From Verrucomicrobiota bacterium (GTDB lineage Bacteria; Verrucomicrobiota; Verrucomicrobiia; Limisphaerales; JAEYXS01), in the NCBI GenBank assembly GCA_023431185.1, contig JAEYXS010000078.1, positions 43 to 64,042 of the forward strand: a stretch of 64,000 bases of DNA, written 5' to 3'. This document shows positions 9,817 to 21,971 of this stretch, piece by piece. Under the pieces are notes generated by a model. The model saw only the letters and a program-made list of their open reading frames with translations, was not told where the DNA came from and did no database searches. How positions within the stretch are numbered: position 1 is the stretch's first letter; each line of letters starts with the position of its first letter. Both the position numbers and the translations under genes were made by a program.

Positions 9817-10500
9817 CTAGAGTTTGTTGCAAGCGTAGGCGCTCAGGTTGATCTTGGAGGCCACCAGTTGCCGCATGATCTCCTGTTGCGGCTCCACGGT
9901 CTGGTTGGCGTCGATGACCATGAAATTATACTTCGTGCTCATGGCGAGGTATTGCTCCAGCAGACGGCCCTGGAAGATGCGGAAGCTCTCATACGGGTCT
10001 GCGGAGAGTCGCATGTCCATGCCGGCCTCGAAATATTTCAGCTCTGGGCGGCCATCGAGGATACGTTGCAGCGAGGTCTCGAGGCGGGCCTTGAAGAAGA
10101 ACGTGAGGTCCGGCTGGGCGGCGAAGCTATACAGGCCGCGCACCCATTCCGGGGGACAGCCGCGCACGGTATCACGGGCAAAGGCGGTGAAGGCGTAGCG
10201 GTCACACAGCACCAGATAACCGGCGCGGAGCAGGGGGACCAGTTGCCGTTCGTAGCGGTCGGCAAAGTCCGTGGCGTGGATGAGGCTGAAGGTGGTGGGC
10301 GTGAGCAGCTCGCGCTTCTTGCCCTTGCTGGTCGCGCTCTTCACTAGCACGGAGGAGTTCCACTCGCTGAAGAACACCTTGAGGCCCTGGAGTTCGAGCC
10401 AGCGCTTCAGGAGGTAGATCTGGGTGGATTTCCCCGAACCATCAATCCCTTCCACGGCAATGAGCCGGCCGGGAAAACCGAGTTCCGCGAAAGTCTTCAT
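9817..10500 (-). CDS. Thymidylate-kinase-like P-loop kinase (paralog A)
   Basis: ATG start. 'IAVEGIDGSGKSTQ', 'CDRYAFT', 'PDLTFFF'. Confidence 0.8.
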   Translation of the reverse strand: MKTFAELGFPGRLIAVEGIDGSGKSTQIYLLKRWLELQGLKVFFSEWNSSVLVKSATSKGKKRELLTPTTFSLIHATDFADRYERQLVPLLRAGYLVLCDRYAFTAFARDTVRGCPPEWVRGLYSFAAQPDLTFFFKARLETSLQRILDGRPELKYFEAGMDMRLSADPYESFRIFQGRLLEQYLAMSTKYNFMVIDANQTVEPQQEIMRQLVASKINLSAYACNKL

Positions 10501-10600
10501 CTGTCACGGGCAAACGTACCGCCGATACCGGCGAAAACAAATGTTTTTTAGTGCCTGTCCACCCGATGGAGGAGAGTTTTCACCCGATTGTAACGCAACC

Positions 10601-13072
<2,472 letters not shown>

Positions 13073-13134
13073 GCTGCCTTTGGTAGCGGAACCAAGGGAT
13101 TACGGCAAGTCGTGTTTGCGCCGAACGCCTTGGC

Positions 13135-14493
13135 TCACGCCAGGATGGCTTTCACCACATTGCCCGCCACGTCCGTCAGCCGGAAGTCACGGCCACCATG
13201 ATGAAAGGTCAGCTTCTCGTGGTTGAAGCCCAGGCAATGCATGATGGTCGCATGGAAGTCATGCACATGCACCGGGTTCTCGATGGGCTTGCGGCCGATC
13301 TCATCGCTCGCACCATGGACGATGCCGGGCTTGATGCCGCCACCGGCCAGCCACGAAGAGTAAACGCTCGCCTGATGACTGCGGCCATCTGGACTGTCCG
13401 GCGTGGGCGTGCGGCCAAATTCCGTGGTCCAGACCACCAAGGTATCCTCCAGCAGGCCGCGCGATTTCAGGTCTTTCAACAGACCGGCGACAGCCTTGTC
13501 GATGTTGCGGGCGAGCGGTTCATGGCCCTTCATATTGCCATGAGCGTCCCAGTTGTTGGAGGAGCCGACGTCGATCAACTCCACAAAACGCACGCCACGC
13601 TCGATCATCCGGCGGGCCACGAGGCATTGCCAGGCAAAGCCCTTCGTGCTGCCGCGCTCCAGACCGTAAAGATTTAACGTGGCATCCGTTTCCTTCGTGA
13701 GGTCAAGCACATCCGGCATCGCCGACTGCATGCCGAACGCCGTCTCGAAGGACTTGATGCGGGCCGCCAGCATTGGATCACTGGCCCGGCCTTGCTGATG
13801 CTTCTGATTGATCTTTTCGAGCAGGCCCAGTTCCAGCTCTTGCACCCGGGCAGAAGGCGCGCGGCGATTCAGGTCGGGGATTGGTTCCGCTCCGGCCAGC
13901 ACGCGCGTGCCCGCATGGGCGCCGGGCAGGAAGTCTGAACTCCACACCTGGCTGCCGGCGTAGGGCAGTTTGGGGGCGAGCACGACGAATGAAGGGAGGT
14001 TCTGGTTCATCGTGCCCAAGCCATAGCTCACCCATGAGCCCATGCTGGGACGGGCGAAAGTCACAGAGCCAGTATGGATGCCGAGGGTCGCCTGCGCGTG
14101 ATCGTTATGATCGCCATGCAGCGAGCGGATGAGGCAGATGTCATCCATACAGTCGCGCATGTAGGGAAAGAGATCGCTGACCTCGGTGCCGCATTTGCCG
14201 CCGCGTTTGAAATCCCAGAAGGCGGGGAGGTATTTCTTCCCGTCCGGGCTCAATTCTTTGAGGCGTGGTTTGGGATCGAAGGAATCGATATGCGAAACAC
14301 CTCCGGGCATGAACAGGAAGATGACGCGCTTGGCCTTCCCGGGGAAATGCGGAGCCTTCGGGGCGAGCGGGTTCACCGTATCCTCGCCCGCTTGGGCGAT
14401 GAGGGATTGCACGATGCCGGGCATCAATGCGGAACCGCAGATGAGCGAGCGGAGCGCCGCCCGACGGGACATGAATGGCTGCGTGGTAAACAT
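13135..14493 (-). CDS. DUF1501 (sulfatase-like) protein with Tat signal
   Basis: 'MSRRAALRSL'; 'FLFMPGGVSHIDSFDPKP', 'NWDAHGN', 'EFGRTP', 'GRSH'. The stop of the upstream gene is 3 nt away. Confidence 0.9.
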   Translation of the reverse strand: MFTTQPFMSRRAALRSLICGSALMPGIVQSLIAQAGEDTVNPLAPKAPHFPGKAKRVIFLFMPGGVSHIDSFDPKPRLKELSPDGKKYLPAFWDFKRGGKCGTEVSDLFPYMRDCMDDICLIRSLHGDHNDHAQATLGIHTGSVTFARPSMGSWVSYGLGTMNQNLPSFVVLAPKLPYAGSQVWSSDFLPGAHAGTRVLAGAEPIPDLNRRAPSARVQELELGLLEKINQKHQQGRASDPMLAARIKSFETAFGMQSAMPDVLDLTKETDATLNLYGLERGSTKGFAWQCLVARRMIERGVRFVELIDVGSSNNWDAHGNMKGHEPLARNIDKAVAGLLKDLKSRGLLEDTLVVWTTEFGRTPTPDSPDGRSHQASVYSSWLAGGGIKPGIVHGASDEIGRKPIENPVHVHDFHATIMHCLGFNHEKLTFHHGGRDFRLTDVAGNVVKAILA

Positions 14494-14496
14494 GAC

Positions 14497-16899
14497 TTAA
14501 TCGACAAAAATAAATTCGTTGCTGCTGAACAGGACGCGCGTGTAACTGGCCCACGCCGCGTCCAGCATCTTCTCCACCGGCGTGCCGGATTCCTTGAGCG
14601 CGAGCGAAACGGCTCCAAGATACTCCTCACCCGCTTTGACCTCGTCCCTCGTGGCGGGACGGCCGTAAGCGAGCAGGAAAGCGTTCTGGATGCGGTCGGC
14701 ATCCTTTTTGCCGGAGTTCCACACGCGCTGGGCGAACTTCGCCGCCTGTTCATGCACCAGCGCATCGTTCATCTGGAACAAGGCCTGGATGGGCGTGATG
14801 CTGATAGGGCGGGCGCCGGTGGAAGCGTTCGGGTCCGCGCCATCCCAAGTCTCGAAGAAGGGATGCTTCCGGATGCGTTGCTGCATCATGTACACGCTGC
14901 GCTTGGTGGTCGGATAACTGTCCACGAACGGCGTGTGCTGCGTGTAGCTCCACTTCGTGCGCGGCGGGAAAGGATGTTCACCACCGGGGGTGCGGTCCAA
15001 GCTTTCACCCAGCACTAACAAAGTGTCGCGGATCTCTTCCGCAGAAAGACGACGGCGGTCGAAGCGCCAAAGGTAGTCATTGGCCACGTCCTTGGCCGCA
15101 TCCGCTGCATCGTCCTCACTGCTCATCTGGTAGGTGCTGGAGAGCATGATGAGGCGGTGCATCGCCTTCAGGCTCCAGCCGCTTTGGATGAACCGGGTGG
15201 TGAGATAATCCAGCAACTCCGGATGCGTGGGCGCTTTGCCGCGTTTGCCGAAGTCATTGGGCGTCTGCGACAGCCCTTTGCCGAAATGCCAGAGCCAGAT
15301 GCGGTTCGCCATCACGCGATGCGTGAGCGGGTTGGCCGGGTCCACGATCCACTCCGCCAGTTCCTTCCGGCCGCTGCCCTTTTCTTCCTTGGGCAATTGC
15401 TTGCCGCCCAGCACCTGGAGGAAACCGCGCGGCACCACGTCGCCCAACCGCCCGGGTTCGCCCTTGATCATCAGCTTGGTATCGGCCGCAAAACCTTCCT
15501 GCACGCCGTAGGCCAGCTCCACCTTGGGCGGATTGGCTTTCAACTCATCGCGTTCCTTGCGGATATCGGCCATGCGAGCCCGTATCTTCGCCACATCATT
15601 CGTCGCGGCACGGGTGCCACGGGTGAGCGCCGAGAGTTTGTTATACTCCGCGTCCAGATCATTGAGCTTCACCTCGTAGGCTTTCCACTCGGCCTTTTGC
15701 TCCGGTGTGCCGAGCGGGATGTAATCGCGCGGATTCGGGACCACCTCAACTCCCGGGAAGGTGTAGGTGCTGCTCTTCAAGATGCCGTAGAGCGCGAAAT
15801 AATCCTTGGCAGTGACGGCATCATACTTGTGATCGTGGCACCGGGCGCAACTGAGCGTGAGCCCCATCAAACCTTTGCCAAGGTTGTCGATGCTGTCATC
15901 CAGCGTCAGATAAAACTCGTTCGTCTGCGAGGCGAACCGGCGCGACATGCCGAGATAGCCGGTGGCGATGATATTGCGATTCTGCTCCTCGATGGATTTC
16001 GCCTGCAACAAGTCACCGGCGATCTGCTCGCGCAGGAATTGGTCGTAGGGCTTGTCCGTGTTGATGGCATCAATGACCCAGTTGCGATACTTGTAAGCGG
16101 GCGGCACCGGGAAATCGGAATTGCACCCGGCGGTATCCGCATAGCGCACGACATCCAGCCAGTGACGGCCCCAACGCTCACCATAGGCGGGCGAGGCCAG
16201 CAAGCGCTCGATCAGACGTTCGAACGCCTTGGAGGATTTATCTTTCTCGAACGCTTCAATCTCTTCCGGGGTCGGCGGCAGACCGGTGAGATCAAAGGTG
16301 GCCCGACGGATAAGCGTGCGCTTGTCCGCCGGCTTGGCCGGGGTGAGACCTTTTTCTTCGAGCTTCGCGAGGATGAAGTTATCCACGGGCGTCTGCACCC
16401 AGCGCGAATTCTTCACCTTGGGTGGAGCCGGGTTCTTCACCGGTTGATAGGACCAGAACTGGCGTTCCTCCTCGAAATTGAAGGGCCCGACATGCGCGGC
16501 ACTTGCGCCCCCCGAACGCGGATCGGGCGCACCGAGTTTCACCCATTGCTCGAAAGCCTTGATGGTCGCATCCGGGATCGGCCCTTTCTTGGGCGGCATC
16601 TGGGTGGCTTCGTCATGGTAGCGGATGGCCTTGATGAGCGCACTGGCATCCGGTTTGCCGGGCACGATCGCCGGACCGGAATCGCCCCCCTTTACCCAAC
16701 CCTGTTTGGAGTCGAGCAACAGGCCGCCCTTGGCTTTGCCGCCTTGCGCGCTGTGACACTCGTAGCAATGCTCCACTAAAGCCGGGCGGATGCTTTTCTC
16801 AAACAATTCCAGGCCATCCACCGGGGCTGCCGCTTGCGCCAGACCGGCCGCAGTCAGCACCGCACCAAGAACCACCACATATTTCTTTAAAACTCGCAT
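14497..16899 (-). CDS. Planctomycete-cytochrome-C / DUF1549 / DUF1553 protein (close paralog of 10601..13072)
   Basis: Signal peptide. 'CYECH' and 'CARCH'. 'RRATFDLTGLPPTPEEI', 'GERWGRHWLDVVRYADT', C-terminal 'NEFIFVD'. Confidence 0.9.
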   Translation of the reverse strand: MRVLKKYVVVLGAVLTAAGLAQAAAPVDGLELFEKSIRPALVEHCYECHSAQGGKAKGGLLLDSKQGWVKGGDSGPAIVPGKPDASALIKAIRYHDEATQMPPKKGPIPDATIKAFEQWVKLGAPDPRSGGASAAHVGPFNFEEERQFWSYQPVKNPAPPKVKNSRWVQTPVDNFILAKLEEKGLTPAKPADKRTLIRRATFDLTGLPPTPEEIEAFEKDKSSKAFERLIERLLASPAYGERWGRHWLDVVRYADTAGCNSDFPVPPAYKYRNWVIDAINTDKPYDQFLREQIAGDLLQAKSIEEQNRNIIATGYLGMSRRFASQTNEFYLTLDDSIDNLGKGLMGLTLSCARCHDHKYDAVTAKDYFALYGILKSSTYTFPGVEVVPNPRDYIPLGTPEQKAEWKAYEVKLNDLDAEYNKLSALTRGTRAATNDVAKIRARMADIRKERDELKANPPKVELAYGVQEGFAADTKLMIKGEPGRLGDVVPRGFLQVLGGKQLPKEEKGSGRKELAEWIVDPANPLTHRVMANRIWLWHFGKGLSQTPNDFGKRGKAPTHPELLDYLTTRFIQSGWSLKAMHRLIMLSSTYQMSSEDDAADAAKDVANDYLWRFDRRRLSAEEIRDTLLVLGESLDRTPGGEHPFPPRTKWSYTQHTPFVDSYPTTKRSVYMMQQRIRKHPFFETWDGADPNASTGARPISITPIQALFQMNDALVHEQAAKFAQRVWNSGKKDADRIQNAFLLAYGRPATRDEVKAGEEYLGAVSLALKESGTPVEKMLDAAWASYTRVLFSSNEFIFVD

Positions 16900-17166
16900 G
16901 TTACGTCACCTAGACCTGACGGCTCCAATCGGGCCGGGATTCAACTTTTCTCTGCTGCATTTCTGCCCACTAAGATAACCCATTTCTGGTGCCGGGCGAA
17001 ACGGTATTGCATGCTCTGCGGCACTTTGAGTGAATAGCCAGTAACCCCGGGCAGTCAGCTTACGTCAGAACCATTGACACCCGGTAACAAATTGCGCGAA
17101 TGATTGAACAAATCCGGGCGGGTCAGACTCTTACGGATTAGTTAGTTTTCGCGGATTGAGCGGGCT

Positions 17167-17610
17167 ATGAAAATTACTGAAGCACTTCTCGCCGAGCATG
17201 TGGTCTTCCACAGTGTCTTCGATCACATCGAACGCGTGGCTCCGCACCTCGGGACCCTTGCGGAGATCAAGGTGCTGGCCAGCACGCTGGCCGCCTTGCT
17301 TGAGCATCATGGTGAGGCCGAGGACAAGTTGCTGATGGAGCCGCTGGAGCATCATCTGGATCACCTGGGCCACCGCGACTCCTTCCATCACGAGCACGAA
17401 GTCATCGACGGCTTCCTGATCCAACTCCAGAACATGCCCGACTTGGCCTCGGCCCGCAGTTTGCTGCTAAAGACCGTCCAGATTTCCCGGCATCATTTCG
17501 ACAAGGAAGAACGCCTTATCTTCCCCATGGCCGAACAGAACCTGAGCCAGAAGACGCTCCAGGACCTGGGTCAGCAATGGGAGAAACAACGGCAGGTGGC
17601 TTCGGCTTAA
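17167..17610 (+). CDS. Hemerythrin (HHE cation-binding) domain protein
   Basis: His/Glu-rich helices: 'LLAEHVVFHSVFDHIE', 'LLEHHGEAEDKLL', 'HHEHEVID', 'SRHHFDKEERLIFP'. Confidence 0.7.
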   Translation: MKITEALLAEHVVFHSVFDHIERVAPHLGTLAEIKVLASTLAALLEHHGEAEDKLLMEPLEHHLDHLGHRDSFHHEHEVIDGFLIQLQNMPDLASARSLLLKTVQISRHHFDKEERLIFPMAEQNLSQKTLQDLGQQWEKQRQVASA

Positions 17611-17656
17611 GCCATCGGTTGCCAGGCTTCAAAGTCTGTCCACCTGTTTAACTAGC

Positions 17657-20600
17657 TTAACTAGCCGGGTTCTCCAATATCCCCCGCAATTTCGTCTGCA
17701 GCTCATCCCGCTTGAACGGCTTCTGGATGAAGCCGGACAGCCCTTTGCCGGTGAAGCGGTTGATGGCGTCCTGCTCATTGAAGCCGCTCATCAGCAGCAC
17801 TCGGACACTGGGCTTGAGCTTGCGCAATTCACGGAAGGCCTGCTCGCCGTCCATGTGCGGCATGGTCAGGTCCATGAGCACGAGGGTTATGGCCTGCTCG
17901 TGAGCCTTGAATTTTTCGATGGCATCACGGCCATCGTGGGCGAGAAGGGTCTTGAAGCCAAATGATTCCAGCAGCCGGGCGCTGACAGCACGCACGGTCT
18001 CCTCGTCGTCCACCACCAGCACAGTGCCCTGACTGGACCAGCCAGCCGCTTGCTGGCCGCGGAAATCCAGCGGTGCGACCGGACCTTCGGCGCAGGGCAG
18101 GAGCAGTTTGAACGTGGAGCCGCGGCCTTCCTCGCTATAGACCTTGAGCGCGCCTTTGTGCGAGCGGACGATGCCGAGCACGGCGGCCAAACCAAGCCCG
18201 CGGCCGGTGAATTTGGTGGTGAAGAAGGGATCGAAGATGCGGGCCAGCGTTTCCTTGCTCATGCCCGTGCCATTGTCACTGACCTCGATGAACACGTAAT
18301 CGCCCTCCGCCAGATCCGGGGCCAGATGGGTGCCGCTGAGGTAAGCTTTGTCCGCGCGCATGATGCCAGTGCTGAGACAGATGACGCCGCTGCGCTCGCC
18401 GATGGCATCCGAGGCGTTGATCACCAGATTCATGAGGATCTGGCGGATCTGGGTGGCATCCCCGGCGACCGGCGGCAGCCCATGCGTCAACTGGAAGCGC
18501 AACACCGCTTTCTTGCTGATAGAGAGCTGGAGCAGGCTGGTGATCTCTTCCACGAGGACGGTGACATCCAGGTTTTGTACGATGAAGCGTCCCTTGCCCG
18601 CGTAGGCCAGCATCTGGCGGCAGAGCTCGGCGGCGCGTTGGGAGGATTTTTCCACCTGGTCGAGATGTTCGAAGAGGATGGGGTTGCCCGGGAACTCAAG
18701 CTTGGCGAGGCTGGCATGGCCGAGGATGCCGGTGAGCAGGTTGTTGAAATCGTGCGCGATGCCGCCGGCCAGCACGCCCAAGCTTTCCAGTTTTTGGGTC
18801 TCTTGGATCTTTTGTTCGAATTTGGCCTGTTCCGCCTCGGCGGCTTTTTCTTTGGTGATGTCGCGGCTGATGCCGACGAGGCCGATGATCTCCCCGGCGG
18901 CATTGCGCAAGGGCACCTTGGAGGTGAGGAACCAGCCATGACCACCTTCGGGCAGGCTGTAAGGTTCCTCACGATTGATGATGGGGGTGCCGGCGGCGAT
19001 GACGCTCAGATCGTCCTGATGATAGATCTCGGCCATTTCCTTGGGGAAATAATCAAACACGGTCTTGCCCAATACCTCCTCGGTGGAGTTGAGGCCGATG
19101 AGTTTGCGGTTGGCCTCATTGGTCGTGAGAAAGCGCCCGTCCTTGTCCTTGACGTAGATCGGATCGGGCAGGGTATCGATGAGCGTCCGCAGCAACTGAC
19201 GCTCCTCGATCAGCGCCTGTTTGGCGCGTTGCCGTTCGGTGATGTCGATGCTGAGGCCGATGACGCCGATGAGCGTGCCGTCATCTGCTTTCAGTGGTGC
19301 CCCATAAACTTGGACCGGCAGCCGCGTGCCATCTGGACGCCGGTATTCAATCTCATAGGAGGAGGAGATGCCGTGGGCCCTTTCCTCCAGATGGGCAGGC
19401 AGCTCCCGGTGGTATTCGGGGGCTACGAAATCACGGATGTTCTTGCCTTCCACTGCCGTCTGGGTGTCCAGACCGAGCATCTGGCGCAGGACAGGATTGA
19501 GGTAGCGGATATGCTGGCCGTCCGGCTCCAGTTGCCAGACGCCGACGGGAGCCCGCTCCACCAGCGAGCGAAAACGGGTTTCACTTTCGCGCAAGGCGGT
19601 CTCGGCGGTCTGGCGTTCCCGGTTCTCGCGGGCCAGTTTTTCATTGGCCTCCTGCAGTTCGGCGGTACGCTCGTTGACTTGTCGCTCGATGGTGGTTGCG
19701 CGACGGCTGACCGTCAGGATGAGCGAGATGATCAGCGACGTGATGAGCGTGCCGCCAAGGGCGATCGCAGGGACTTTCGAGGGGCCGGTGGAAGCCAGCC
19801 ACTCGGGAACCGGGCGGAAATAAAAGACCAGATTCCGTTCGCCCATGCGCAAGTCCCGCTTGCTGCTGAGACCCGCGCGCATTTCATCCGGAGTGGGGAC
19901 AGGCACTGCGCTTTTCCGCATCCGGGAGGGGTGAAAGTAAAGGAACTGGCGGTCGGCGGGCGCGGATTCATCCATGATGAGGACATCAACACCCCCGGCG
20001 TCCACCTGGCTCAAGATGCCTTCGATCAGGTTCCCAAGCCGGAACACGATCTGGACGTAGCCCAGAAGCAATTCCTGTCTTTGTTCTACGGTGCGCGGTT
20101 TGAGGCTGCCGCGATAGACCGGGGCGAGGGAGATGATGCCCTCTTGATCGCCCATCTCCTGGATGAGCCGGAACTTGGGCGTCAGCAGGGTGTCGGCGAT
20201 GTCCCGGGCCTGGTCCAACGTGTTTTTGGTGGGGCCAAAAGTAAGGTCAAATCCATGGGCGGCTTCATTGCCTTGCATGGGCGAGGTGTAGAGGATCGGG
20301 AAGTGGTCGGGAGCGGAAGGAGACGGGACGCGACCGCCCCCGGGGGCGGGGACGATGAAGGCAAAGTTTGTATGGCCGGCCTGACGCATGGCCAGCTCAA
20401 CCGCGCGGCGTTCACTTTCAGGCACGCGTTTAACCCATTGCAGAGCTTGTACCGGCGGGTGACGCCGGAGGGCGTTGCGGGCGACTTCATGGAACTCGAC
20501 CTCGGTTAGCTCGGGATTGTAAGTCAGCAGATTGCGCAAAGAAAAGAGCAACTCCTCGTAATTCACCCCGGCTGATTGAAATAGATTGATACGCGTCTCG

Positions 20601-20821
20601 ACAATGCGGTTGAAGCGGATGCGCCGTTGCTCTTTCTCTGCCTGGCTGACCAGGAGGCAGGCGGTGACGGTGAAGGCGGCACCGAGCAGAAAAATGAGCA
20701 GGACCGACGCGAACTCCCTCTTGCGCGGTCGATGTTTGCCGGTCTTGCTGGACTGCTGGTATGGCACGCGCGGGCAGGCTAGTTCATTCAATCTCTGGGG
20801 TAAACCATGCAGTTTGCCCAT
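17657..20821 (-). CDS. Hybrid sensor histidine kinase: TM-CHASE-TM, coiled coil, 2 PAS, HisKA, HATPase, receiver
   Basis: CHASE-like periplasmic block ('HFPILYTSPMQGNEAAHGFDL...LAPVY'). H-box 'GGIAHDFNNLLTGI'. 'GTGMS', 'GRGLGLA'. Receiver 'VLVVDDEE...LMDLTMPHMDG...K'. Confidence 0.9.
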   Translation of the reverse strand: MGKLHGLPQRLNELACPRVPYQQSSKTGKHRPRKREFASVLLIFLLGAAFTVTACLLVSQAEKEQRRIRFNRIVETRINLFQSAGVNYEELLFSLRNLLTYNPELTEVEFHEVARNALRRHPPVQALQWVKRVPESERRAVELAMRQAGHTNFAFIVPAPGGGRVPSPSAPDHFPILYTSPMQGNEAAHGFDLTFGPTKNTLDQARDIADTLLTPKFRLIQEMGDQEGIISLAPVYRGSLKPRTVEQRQELLLGYVQIVFRLGNLIEGILSQVDAGGVDVLIMDESAPADRQFLYFHPSRMRKSAVPVPTPDEMRAGLSSKRDLRMGERNLVFYFRPVPEWLASTGPSKVPAIALGGTLITSLIISLILTVSRRATTIERQVNERTAELQEANEKLARENRERQTAETALRESETRFRSLVERAPVGVWQLEPDGQHIRYLNPVLRQMLGLDTQTAVEGKNIRDFVAPEYHRELPAHLEERAHGISSSYEIEYRRPDGTRLPVQVYGAPLKADDGTLIGVIGLSIDITERQRAKQALIEERQLLRTLIDTLPDPIYVKDKDGRFLTTNEANRKLIGLNSTEEVLGKTVFDYFPKEMAEIYHQDDLSVIAAGTPIINREEPYSLPEGGHGWFLTSKVPLRNAAGEIIGLVGISRDITKEKAAEAEQAKFEQKIQETQKLESLGVLAGGIAHDFNNLLTGILGHASLAKLEFPGNPILFEHLDQVEKSSQRAAELCRQMLAYAGKGRFIVQNLDVTVLVEEITSLLQLSISKKAVLRFQLTHGLPPVAGDATQIRQILMNLVINASDAIGERSGVICLSTGIMRADKAYLSGTHLAPDLAEGDYVFIEVSDNGTGMSKETLARIFDPFFTTKFTGRGLGLAAVLGIVRSHKGALKVYSEEGRGSTFKLLLPCAEGPVAPLDFRGQQAAGWSSQGTVLVVDDEETVRAVSARLLESFGFKTLLAHDGRDAIEKFKAHEQAITLVLMDLTMPHMDGEQAFRELRKLKPSVRVLLMSGFNEQDAINRFTGKGLSGFIQKPFKRDELQTKLRGILENPAS

Positions 20822-20914
20822 TTTTTTGCCGCAATTCCGGTCAGCGGGTGCAAGGCGACCGGCTCATGCCACTCCCGGCTTGTTACCGGGAAAAAGCTTC
20901 AGTAGTCTGCGCCC

Positions 20915-21319
20915 ATGCCAGAAGTATTAAAGTTTGTTCATAACGGTGCCGCGAAGATAACGCCCCAGATCTTGGCGGGCGTCCATCACAAGCTCCCGCT
21001 GCTGAAGGTGGAATTTGCCCAGATCAATGCGCCCAAGTATCCCCACCTGGTGGATCAACTCGAGTTTTTGGCGGACGTGGTGGAAGATTATGCGGAAAAT
21101 GCGGATAAGGAATTGCCGTATTTCGCCATTGCCAGCGCGGTTTTTGCCTTGATCTATGCCCACCGGCAATTTGATCTCATCCCGGATGATGTGCCGGAGC
21201 TGGGCCATGCAGATGATTCCAGCGTGGTGCGGGCTGTGTTGATGGAGTATGAGCAGGCTTTTGCCGCCTATGCCCAACGGCATGGCATGAAATGGTCCAA
21301 AATCACGGTGAATCCGTGA
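20915..21319 (+). CDS. DUF1232 (YkvA-like) protein
   Basis: 'FDLIPDDVPELGHADDSSVV' matches the DUF1232 core. ATG start. Confidence 0.6.
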   Translation: MPEVLKFVHNGAAKITPQILAGVHHKLPLLKVEFAQINAPKYPHLVDQLEFLADVVEDYAENADKELPYFAIASAVFALIYAHRQFDLIPDDVPELGHADDSSVVRAVLMEYEQAFAAYAQRHGMKWSKITVNP

Positions 21320-21349
21320 GGGTCTGGGTCTGAAACTTGGATAATCACC

Positions 21350-21386
21350 AGCCCAGCCGGCAATTCTGTCGGCTGGGCTTTTTTTG
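21350..21386 (+). terminator. Rho-independent terminator
   Basis: AGCCCAGCCG / CGGCTGGGCT 10-bp stem followed by TTTTTTT. Confidence 0.75.
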
Positions 21387-21401
21387 TAGGGCGGAAAAGC
21401 T

Positions 21402-21680
21402 TCAGTTTCCGGTGTATTCGAAGACGTGGAGGACGAGTTCCCCGCTGCCAAACTGGACACTGTTGATGTAAAGCAGATGGTCGGCGTTCAAGGTGATTTC
21501 CTGGCCGGTCTTCAATACGGCGATCCGGCGCATCTCTTTTTCCTGCACCTCCGTTTCAACGATGGCCCAGATCCAGACGTTCACGTCGATGGGTTGGGCG
21601 GTCAGGATTTGCGCGCCCACGGGCATCTCCACTTCCTGGGTTTCCTGCCGCTTCACCTTGTATTTGTAAATCGTCTTCAT
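21402..21680 (-). CDS. Small conserved hypothetical protein (92 aa)
   Basis: ATG start, clean ORF. 'MKTIYKYKV...VEMPVGAQILTAQ...VWIWAIV' resembles a small beta-rich family seen in phages and bacteria, but I recognise it only weakly. Confidence 0.55.
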   Translation of the reverse strand: MKTIYKYKVKRQETQEVEMPVGAQILTAQPIDVNVWIWAIVETEVQEKEMRRIAVLKTGQEITLNADHLLYINSVQFGSGELVLHVFEYTGN

Positions 21681-21971
21681 GCTTCAGATTCCAGTCGCCC
21701 GCCAAGTGTGTGATTTGCACCCATGGTCATTCCGCCGTGATATGACATGGGAAACTCATTGACTGGTGACTATCCTTACCAGTCTTAAGTCCGGTGTAAA
21801 GCCGCCAGCCGGACCTATTTCGGTAGGTCTAAAAGACAGGTTTAGGGGCGTCTTGGTGGGTGAAGCGGTAGTGGGGTGACTGATTGACCAGCTTCATGGA
21901 GGCGGACCAGCCAGCGGGCAGGTTGTAAAAATACTTGTTCGCATCCAAGGTGCTACCTAGGCTGCGCGCAG

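Noticed and set aside
15157-16779. 540-aa plus-strand ORF. Similar long shadow ORFs lie at 8015..9421, 11195..12223, 33841..34914, 43573..44646, 53945..54955 and 57409..58578.
   Set aside because: Each lies fully antisense to a gene with strong family motifs and shows shadow-ORF composition.
17074-17102. TTGACA hexamer upstream of the hemerythrin gene, considered as a sigma-70 -35 box.
   Set aside because: No acceptable -10 hexamer lies at 16-19 nt spacing, which is too weak to call.
18050-20509. 819-aa ORF on the plus strand.
   Set aside because: It is antisense to the CHASE hybrid kinase, which has unambiguous kinase motifs. Its composition (Ala/Gly/Asp/Arg runs) is that of a shadow ORF.
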